Assembly (NCBI GenBank): GCA_028714955.1
Contig: JAQTLK010000004.1
Coordinates: 709 to 64,708, forward strand
DNA from: Sulfuricella sp.
Lineage (GTDB): Bacteria; Pseudomonadota; Gammaproteobacteria; Burkholderiales; Sulfuricellaceae
DNA length: 64,000 bases
Direction: 5' to 3'
A model generated the notes under the pieces. That model was not told where the DNA came from. It ran no database searches and saw nothing but the letters and a program-made list of their open reading frames with translations. Of the stretch, positions 57,901-64,000 are shown piece by piece. Made by a program: the position numbers and the translations under genes. Each line of letters opens with the position of its first letter. Position 1 is the first letter of the stretch.

Positions 57901-60531
57901 GCGCACACCCTGTGCGGCATCTCGCGCACGGTGGGTTTCCCGGCCATCGCCGAACTGGGCTTTCCGCTCGAAATGTGGTTGCAGGAACTGTTGCAGCACC
58001 CCGTGCCGCTCACGGCCAAACAGGTCGACCTCATGGGAGAGGCCATCGCCGCCCTGGGCAAGATGGTCGAAGCCATCCGCGATGGCCAGGAGCCAAAGTC
58101 GGCCCAGAAACTGGTTCGCTCCCTGGAGGGCATGCTGAACCAGGCCCGGGTGGCGCGCGAGCCGCTTGCGGTCGCCCCCGCACCCGCCGCCATCACGGAA
58201 GAAGCCGCCGTTGCCGCTCCGCCAGCGGTGCAGGAAAGCGTGCATCCAATCGCTGCCCCGCCAAGCGAAGCGCCTCGTGAACGCCGCGTCATCCGCGACG
58301 ACATCGATCCGGACCTGTTGCCGATCTTCCTCGAAGAAGCCCAGGACCTGTTCCCGCTGGTTGGCGGCCAACTGCGCGCCTGGCGCGCCAATACGGCCGA
58401 CCGCCCGGCTTCCGACGGACTGCAGCGCACGCTGCACACTCTCAAGGGCAGCGCCCGCATGGCCGGCGCCATGCGGCTGGGCGAACTGACCCACAACATG
58501 GAAGCGCGCGTCCTCGCCGCGCTCGACTCGGAGGACCTTCCGCCCGCGCTCTTCGACACGCTGGAAAGCGAATTCGACCGCATGGGCGACGTGCTGGAGC
58601 AACTGCGCAGCGGCCCGCTGCCCGAAGCAGAGGCCGTGCCGGCGAGTGCTGCCGTTATGGCGCCAGCCGAGCCTGCCGCCGTGGCGGCAGCGCCCGTCGC
58701 GGAGCCCGAAGCCGCCGCCAGGGTCATGCTGCGCATGCGCGCCGACGTGGTGGACCGGCTGGTGAATGAAGCCGGCGAGGTGAGCATCGCGCGTTCGCGC
58801 ATCGAAGGGGAAATGCAGAATTTCAAGCGTTCCCTGCTCGATTTGACCGAGAGCGTCAACCGCCTGCGCAACCAGTTGCGCGAAATCGAGATCCAGGCAG
58901 AAAGTCAGATGCAGTCGCGCCAGTCGCTCGCCCGCGAGTCCCACGAAGCATTCGACCCGCTGGAATTCGACCGCTTCACCCGTTTGCAGGAAGTGACCCG
59001 CATGATGGCCGAGAGCGTCAACGACGTCGCCAGCGTGCAGCACAACCTGCTCAAAAATCTGGACGAAACCGAAGCCGCGCTGCTGGCGCAGTCGCGCATG
59101 ACCAAGGAGCTGCAACAGGAATTGCTGCACGCCCGCATGGTGCCGTTGGCCAGCATCTCCGAGCGGCTTTTCCGCATCGCGCGCCAGACCTCGAAGGAAC
59201 TGGACAAGCGCGCCACGCTGGAGATCATCGGCGAGCAGGTCGAACTCGACCGCAGCGTGCTGGAAAAGATGACCGCTCCGTTCGAGCACCTGCTGCGCAA
59301 CGCCATCGACCACGGCCTGGAAAGCAGGGAGGCAAGGCTCGCCGCCGGCAAGGAGGAAGTCGGCGTCATCGAACTGCAGGCGCGCCAGGAAGGCAACGAA
59401 ATCCTGCTCACCCTGCGCGACGATGGCCGCGGCCTCGACCTCGACGGCATTCGCCGCAAGGCGATCGAGCTCGGCATGCTCGCGCCGGAGGACGAAGTCG
59501 CGCCGGCGCAGCTGATGGAACTGATTTTCTTCTCGGGCTTTTCCACCGCCGCCGAAGTGACCCAGGTTTCCGGGCGCGGCATCGGCATGGACGTGGTGCG
59601 CAATGAAATCGCCAGTCTCGGCGGCCGCATCGAAGTCGCCTCCGAAGCGGGCAAGGGAACGACCTTCAGCATCTACCTGCCGCTCACCCTGGCGGTTGCC
59701 CAGGCGGTACTGGTGCGCGCCGGCAGCCAGGTTTATGCGTTGCCCTCGACCATGGTGGACCAGGTCCAGGAGCTCAAGGCGGACGCACTGGCGGAGATTT
59801 ACCAGAAACAGCAGGTAACATGGCAAGGCAACGCCTACCCGCTGCACTACTTTCCGCGCCTGCTGGGGGACCAGGAATCCACCCCGGCAGCGCAGCGCTA
59901 CACCACCGTGATGCTCTTGCATAGCGGCGCGCAGCACGTGGCGGTGCACGTGGACGAGCTGATCGGCAACCGCGAGATCGTGGTCAAGAACATCGGCCCG
60001 CAGCTCGCCCGCGTACCGGGCGTGGCCGGGGCCACCGTGCTGGGCAACGGCAAGGTCGTGCTGATCCTCAATCCGGTCCAGCTCGCGCAGCGTCAGGGCA
60101 TCCCCGCCCTGCTTGGCCACCGCCCGGCTGCCGAAGCCGCGCAACAGCCCGCCGCCACGCCGCTCGTCATGATCGTGGACGACTCGCTCACGGTACGCAA
60201 GATCACCAGCAAGCTCCTCACGCGCGAAGGCTACCAGGTGGTGACCGCCAAGGACGGTGTGGACGCCTTGCAGGCTCTGGAGGACGTCACGCCGCAGGTG
60301 ATGCTGGTGGACATCGAAATGCCGCGCATGGATGGCTTCGAACTGACCAAGAATGTGCGCGGCAACGAAAGGACCGCGCACATCCCGATCATCATGATTA
60401 CCTCGCGCACCGCCGACAAACACCGCAACTACGCCCAGGAGCTGGGCGTCAACGTGTATCTGGGCAAGCCCTACCAGGAAGAGGAACTGCTGGGATACAT
60501 CGCGGGCTTCGTCAGGGGCAACCTGCACTGA
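55000..60531 (+). CDS. chpA: ChpA/PilL multi-Hpt CheA-like hybrid kinase
   Basis: Hpt motifs LHQVSG, FHTLKGS, AHTLCG, LHTLKGS; EHLLRNAIDHG HATPase; CheW; C-terminal receiver VDDSLTVRK. Confidence 0.95.
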   Translation: MSIEFDTGPLTWVKGEIDQALQQADEKLAQFAADASDSTPLRQCQTHLHQVSGAIQMVGLEGVARLGEAIEQLVGAMEKREVAISGANLDLIKRGMAALSQYLEDLLGGQPDQPLRLFPVYHALLAARGVEKVSESELFFPDLTLRAPKNPDVHPRAAEALPSFLKAERARYERGLLGFLRNAEDSAALGKMRDALAAIEQTQTVPALRTFWWSATGLAESLLHKGLDASLNLKQLCGRIDQQIRRLAEGSPKVAERLLRDVLYFVARSKPVSGRVAEIQGLFELEAYMPHSAEQEAAKTEQERMLPLLRELRDLLASAKEAWLKFTSGSNDSLANFHAQARRLADRASALENAPLNQLLHQIGYGAAALAAHPADMNEMVAMEMATALLLAENTLEHYLGATDEFTRQAEVQSSRLQAALQGRLDEIEVSDIPLLDEMSRKAQEKLLLAQVGQEIQSNLQHIEQVLDGFFRDTAKRDELPGLKPFLKQIQGALKILELEPAIKLLDECERLIDGFSQPGHEPLQAQMEQVAEGLSSLGFYVEAIQRGRADAVQIVDGALARLNPAAQAPLVATPVEIPEEQAATSVEASLEDQKQRAQALLEQWQENPDDAQAKADLKKQFSVLQQDAELVADGTLKSQATEAMRLLEQAEMPTAELATATAALSAPKMAASVPSAETTRLAGEADETIDAEMLEIFLEEADEVLATVTGNLDLCHARPNDREALATLRRSFHTLKGSGRMVGLWELGEVAWAIEQVMNKWLQEEKNATPELLALLGQAQQRFLGWVAALKASGTVRIMADDLVAEAERLKTGMNAPGVAAPPEAPAAAAEETPAAEPGMEISAPPGEEPAEEIISIVGLPAEETPSVAETCEESAEAEPLPAALMEQSAPASEAGVEAEPPAGVEAQQPPVEEEREISVGSVTLPYALYSIFINEAGQHLATLRQHLDALTQNPEVAVQHDFMRAAHTLCGISRTVGFPAIAELGFPLEMWLQELLQHPVPLTAKQVDLMGEAIAALGKMVEAIRDGQEPKSAQKLVRSLEGMLNQARVAREPLAVAPAPAAITEEAAVAAPPAVQESVHPIAAPPSEAPRERRVIRDDIDPDLLPIFLEEAQDLFPLVGGQLRAWRANTADRPASDGLQRTLHTLKGSARMAGAMRLGELTHNMEARVLAALDSEDLPPALFDTLESEFDRMGDVLEQLRSGPLPEAEAVPASAAVMAPAEPAAVAAAPVAEPEAAARVMLRMRADVVDRLVNEAGEVSIARSRIEGEMQNFKRSLLDLTESVNRLRNQLREIEIQAESQMQSRQSLARESHEAFDPLEFDRFTRLQEVTRMMAESVNDVASVQHNLLKNLDETEAALLAQSRMTKELQQELLHARMVPLASISERLFRIARQTSKELDKRATLEIIGEQVELDRSVLEKMTAPFEHLLRNAIDHGLESREARLAAGKEEVGVIELQARQEGNEILLTLRDDGRGLDLDGIRRKAIELGMLAPEDEVAPAQLMELIFFSGFSTAAEVTQVSGRGIGMDVVRNEIASLGGRIEVASEAGKGTTFSIYLPLTLAVAQAVLVRAGSQVYALPSTMVDQVQELKADALAEIYQKQQVTWQGNAYPLHYFPRLLGDQESTPAAQRYTTVMLLHSGAQHVAVHVDELIGNREIVVKNIGPQLARVPGVAGATVLGNGKVVLILNPVQLAQRQGIPALLGHRPAAEAAQQPAATPLVMIVDDSLTVRKITSKLLTREGYQVVTAKDGVDALQALEDVTPQVMLVDIEMPRMDGFELTKNVRGNERTAHIPIIMITSRTADKHRNYAQELGVNVYLGKPYQEEELLGYIAGFVRGNLH

Positions 60532-60586
60532 CGGCAATTTCTGCTTCCGGGCTGAAGCAGGTGGTCACGAATTTGTAAAGCGTGGC

Positions 60587-62308
60587 TTATTTCTTCTGCA
60601 ATATTTCGAAGCTGGTTCGCAGCCAGTTATCGCCCTTTTCGATCACCCGGCCCAAGGCGATCGAATAGTTGCGGCTGCGGGCGCTTAATTCGAAATGGCG
60701 GCCGGGAGCATATTCCACGCTGTCCATGATCAGGCTGACGCCACGTTTGTCCTCTCCGGCCGGCGGCAGGTAAAGCGCGCTTACCGGCAACACGATATCC
60801 ACCGCGTCGATACCGTCGACGGTATAACCACTATGACGAGGTTTCGACGCCTTGAGCGCGACGGTGACCGGCGCCTTGGCAAGAATCTCGATGCCGACAT
60901 TGCGTTGGCCAGATTCCAGCAAGGCCAGCCGCCGAATCACGCCGACCACCCAGTTATGGCTGCGCTCAGGCTTCAGCCCAACCAGTTTCCCGAGCCGCAC
61001 CCAATCGTTATCGACGGAATCGACGGTTGCGCCGAAGCCGCCCGAACTCTCGTTTTCCATCAGCCAGCGCTCATGATGCGCCACCTGCTGCGCCTGCTCG
61101 ACGGGCTTCTCCTGCCCGGCCCGTTGCAGCTTGTCCTGGGTGCGCTGCGTCACGAAGCCATAGAGACGCATGTCAAGCATCTCTTCATAGCTGATTCTGA
61201 CCTTCTGCTCCGCTTCTTTCTGCCTGGGCGAAAGCGCTTCGTTGTCCTGTTTCACCAGAGCGCAGATTTCGAGAAAATCCTTTGCCACATCGATCATTTT
61301 TACCCTGGCTACGCGCTCCTGCGAGCGCCGCACCCGTCCCTCGCCCGTGGACGACCATTGGCGCGTGATGCGCTCGATGAGTTCCAGGCATGACGGCAGG
61401 CGGCAGTCCTCGCCCAGGCCAAGCCGGGCAGGCGTTTCGCCCTGCTGTAGCGCCACCTTGGCTTGCGCCACCCGTTCCATCAAGGCATCGGTTCCCCAGC
61501 AGCGCGACATGCCGTCCGCCGTGAAAAGCTTGCGGGCGCGCCACGGGCCCTTGTCTTCGCCCAGATTGACGCAGAACACATGCCGCTGCGGGTCATAATC
61601 CCGCTCCAGCTTCAAGGTGTCGGCCCAGGTATCGAGCCACAGGTCCGCCATCTCGATCTGTTTCGGAAACAGACTGTTGGTATTAAGCACATCCAGGCTC
61701 AGGAGCTGAAGATATTCCTCGGCACAGGTCGTGCGGCGCGGGCACAGGGGATAGAGAAGCAGGGGCTTGCGCTCGAATTCTTCATATTCCGACAGACGGT
61801 AGAGATTGTGAACATGTTTCCACAGCTTGGCGCCTATCGTTTCATAGCGAAAATAACGCCACTTGGCCTGCTGCGCAAAATGGCGCAGGGCGCGCGCGGT
61901 GATCAGGGGAATATCGTGGCGGATATCGCTGCCGTTCGGATTGCCCACGTAAGCCATGACGAACATGTGGTAGCCGCGCGCCATCTGCCAGTGAAAGGAA
62001 AATACTTCGTTCCACAGGCGGCTCTCGATCTGGCGCGACATGCGCGGATTGCGGAGATACTGCTGGGTCAGCGCGTGCTGCAGTTCCTGCGCGCCTTCAT
62101 CGAGATGCATCAGCACTTGCAGGCGTTCTTTGCCGAGAGGCGCAGCTTTCTCGTTGAATTCATTGAGCGCAGCCACGATTTTTTCATGGGCTGAAAAAGT
62201 ATCGCCCATGGGCAATTCGAGCAGCCACGTCGTGGCCGCCTTGAGGCTGCCCAGGGGGTCGGACGGAGGCGATGGTTTTTTTCGGCCAAAAGGCAGAAAG
62301 TCGAGCAT
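60587..62308 (-). CDS. Helical protein with C-terminal PilZ-like domain (573 aa)
   Basis: Start MLDFLPFG at 62308; RSQER (RxxxR) and NESSGG (NxSxxG); beta-rich C-terminus. Confidence 0.7.
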   Translation of the reverse strand: MLDFLPFGRKKPSPPSDPLGSLKAATTWLLELPMGDTFSAHEKIVAALNEFNEKAAPLGKERLQVLMHLDEGAQELQHALTQQYLRNPRMSRQIESRLWNEVFSFHWQMARGYHMFVMAYVGNPNGSDIRHDIPLITARALRHFAQQAKWRYFRYETIGAKLWKHVHNLYRLSEYEEFERKPLLLYPLCPRRTTCAEEYLQLLSLDVLNTNSLFPKQIEMADLWLDTWADTLKLERDYDPQRHVFCVNLGEDKGPWRARKLFTADGMSRCWGTDALMERVAQAKVALQQGETPARLGLGEDCRLPSCLELIERITRQWSSTGEGRVRRSQERVARVKMIDVAKDFLEICALVKQDNEALSPRQKEAEQKVRISYEEMLDMRLYGFVTQRTQDKLQRAGQEKPVEQAQQVAHHERWLMENESSGGFGATVDSVDNDWVRLGKLVGLKPERSHNWVVGVIRRLALLESGQRNVGIEILAKAPVTVALKASKPRHSGYTVDGIDAVDIVLPVSALYLPPAGEDKRGVSLIMDSVEYAPGRHFELSARSRNYSIALGRVIEKGDNWLRTSFEILQKK

Positions 62309-62446
62309 TCCAGGTTTACCAAAGCAGTGAGAGATCAGCATCTTACCAGCAAACTGCGTGCCAGTTTCAATCCCCCCTTCCTTTATCGCCCAAGCAAAGG
62401 AAGGTATACTTGCCGCGAGACCCGTTTGACGTATTTTGAGGACGCC

Positions 62447-63361
62447 ATGACCCACCCCGGATTCAAGCCTTTCTCCCTGGATAGCGACGCGCACTACCTG
62501 CAATGGCGCGCGCGCAAGCTGGAAAACTACCCTGCGCGCGTCGAGGATCTGATCGTCAGCGTCAACGACCCGCGCCACTTGACCCCCGATGAGCACGGTG
62601 CCCTCCTGGCGCGTTGCCGCAAGGCCAACATGGCGCTCTATACCAGTCCCCTGGCCAATGTCGACAACAAGGACATCACGCGCCAGCTCGGCTACCAGTT
62701 CGGCCTCAACCGGCTGGATCGCAACATGCTGGCCGACGATGACGGCATCACTTCGCTCGCCGTCCATTCCGGCGGCGAACATCAGCACTACATCCCCTAC
62801 ACCGACCGTCCCATCAAATGGCATACCGATGGCTACTACAACCCGCGCGAGCGGCAGATATGGGGCTTGCAGCTGCATTGCGTGTGCAGCGCGGCGACAG
62901 GGGGCGAGAGCGGTCTCATGGATCATGAAATTGCCTATATTCTGCTGCGCGACGCCAATCCTGACCACATTCGCGCCCTGATGGAGCCGGATGCCATGAC
63001 CATCCCGGCGCGCATGGATGAAGACGGCGTCGCGCGGCCCGACGAAAGCGGCCCGGTATTCTCCCTGCACCCCGAAAGCGGCGACCTGCACATGCGCTAC
63101 ACCGCCCGCACGCGCAGCATCCACTGGAAAAAGACTCCCCAGGTAGAAGCCGCCGTCGCCTTCCTCGACCAGTTATTGAACAGCGACTCGCCCTATATCT
63201 TCCACGGTCGTCTGGAACCGGGCATGGGCCTGATCTGCAACAACGTGCTGCATGACCGCGCCGCGTTCAGCGATGACGAGAACTGCCGCCGCCTGCTGTA
63301 CCGGGCACGCTACTACGACCGCATCGCGGGCACGGAACTGGCGGCGGTATATCCCCGCTAG
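62447..63361 (+). CDS. TauD/TfdA-like Fe(II)/2-oxoglutarate dioxygenase
   Basis: WHTDGYYN (HxD) and CNNVLHDR (distal His), LLYRARY; GAGG RBS before ATG 62447. Confidence 0.85.
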   Translation: MTHPGFKPFSLDSDAHYLQWRARKLENYPARVEDLIVSVNDPRHLTPDEHGALLARCRKANMALYTSPLANVDNKDITRQLGYQFGLNRLDRNMLADDDGITSLAVHSGGEHQHYIPYTDRPIKWHTDGYYNPRERQIWGLQLHCVCSAATGGESGLMDHEIAYILLRDANPDHIRALMEPDAMTIPARMDEDGVARPDESGPVFSLHPESGDLHMRYTARTRSIHWKKTPQVEAAVAFLDQLLNSDSPYIFHGRLEPGMGLICNNVLHDRAAFSDDENCRRLLYRARYYDRIAGTELAAVYPR

Positions 63362-63431
63362 GCGCCTGTCGGACTTGTGATGAATCGGCGGCAAATCCGC
63401 TTCGTTCCCCATAAGTCCGACAGCCTCCTGG
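63358..63431. mobile_element. Minimal family-B element (74 bp)
   Basis: ctaggcgcctgtcggactt ... aagtccgacagcctcctgg; its TAG is the stop of the TauD-like gene. Confidence 0.75.
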
Positions 63432-63471
63432 GTGGATTGTAAGCCATTGTTCAGGCTATAATTCGCTCCCT

Positions 63472-64000
63472 ATGTATATCCACATACTCGGCATCTGCGG
63501 CACCTTCATGGGCGGCATCGCCGCCATCGCCCAGCAGGCAGGCCACAAGGTTACCGGCTGCGATGCCAACGTCTATCCGCCCATGAGCACCCAGCTCGAA
63601 GCACGCGGCATAGCACTGATCGAAGGTTTTGGCGCAGAACAGGTCGGGCTGGAGCCCGACATGTTCGTCATCGGCAACGTGGTCAGCCGCGGCAACCCGC
63701 TCGTGGAAGAAATCCTCAACCGCGGCCTGCCCTACATTTCCGGCCCGCAATGGCTGGCGGAAAACATGTTGCGCGACAAATGGGTGCTGGCGGTGGCGGG
63801 CACCCACGGCAAGACCACGACTTCGTCGATGCTGGCGTGGATTCTGGAATACGGCAATCTCGATCCGGGTTTCCTGATTGGCGGCGTGCCGCAGAATTTC
63901 GGCATTTCGGCGCGCCTGACCGACTCGCCGTTTTTCGTCATCGAGGCGGACGAATACGACACAGCCTTTTTCGACAAGCGCTCCAAGTTCGTCCATTACC
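63472..64000 (+). CDS. mpl: Murein peptide ligase (3' end outside window)
   Basis: MYIHILGICGTFMGG, GCDANVYPPMSTQL, VAGTHGKTTT, EADEYDTAFFDKRSKF. Missing from the ORF track because it has no stop in the window. Confidence 0.95.
   Translation, partial: MYIHILGICGTFMGGIAAIAQQAGHKVTGCDANVYPPMSTQLEARGIALIEGFGAEQVGLEPDMFVIGNVVSRGNPLVEEILNRGLPYISGPQWLAENMLRDKWVLAVAGTHGKTTTSSMLAWILEYGNLDPGFLIGGVPQNFGISARLTDSPFFVIEADEYDTAFFDKRSKFVHY

Noticed and set aside
57142-60537. 1131-aa minus-strand ORF
   Set aside because: Antisense to chpA.
62309-63124. N-terminal extension of the 845-aa ORF
   Set aside because: Overlaps the TauD-like gene antisense; the real start is likely ATG 62308.
1-64000. CRISPR array, rRNA, prophage, integrase or transposase
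   Set aside because: No regularly spaced direct repeats, rRNA-like sequence, phage genes or recombinase motifs seen; neither tRNA has a visible att duplication in the window.

Overview
GC-rich chromosomal segment, most likely from a Betaproteobacterium (Nitrosomonadales-like). The cbb3 oxidase cluster, cytochrome c4 with System II cytochrome c biogenesis, a DsrS-like gene, a rhodanese fusion and a TauD-like gene suggest a microaerophilic sulfur oxidizer (inference). Contents in order: bioB(partial)-F-H-C-D; Rrf2 and FNR-like regulators; ccoNOQP-GHIS plus an unannotated 34-aa membrane ORF; rpoH with an overlapping CIRCE and sigmaE promoter; an accessory block rich in small inverted-repeat elements (MtfA, YddA-like ABC, HlyIII, MarC, ABC-2 exporter, glycine-zipper, Pro-rich and beta-propeller secreted proteins, Spy/CpxP); resC-resB-cyt c4; engB; apaG; tRNA-Ala followed by a 649-nt class C group II intron with no reverse transcriptase ORF; glnA with sigma54/NtrC sites; CDF transporter; a periplasmic-binding-protein/rhodanese fusion; aroE, mtgA, trpCDG; cstA-ybdD; tRNA-Val; a minus-strand run thiD-thiE-hemL-MoxR AAA-vWA/peptidase-dsrS-like; an orphan PstS-like gene; pilGHIJ-chpA; a PilZ-like protein; a TauD-like dioxygenase; mpl (partial). 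No CRISPR array, rRNA, integrase or transposase gene was seen. Best leads: the ORF-less IIC intron, the AAA-vWA-DsrS unit, the binding-protein/rhodanese fusion, the small ORF at the end of the cco operon, and several families of CTAG/TTAA-bounded MITE-like elements that stack on each other and supply stop codons. All assignments come from reading motifs by eye; no database searches were run.
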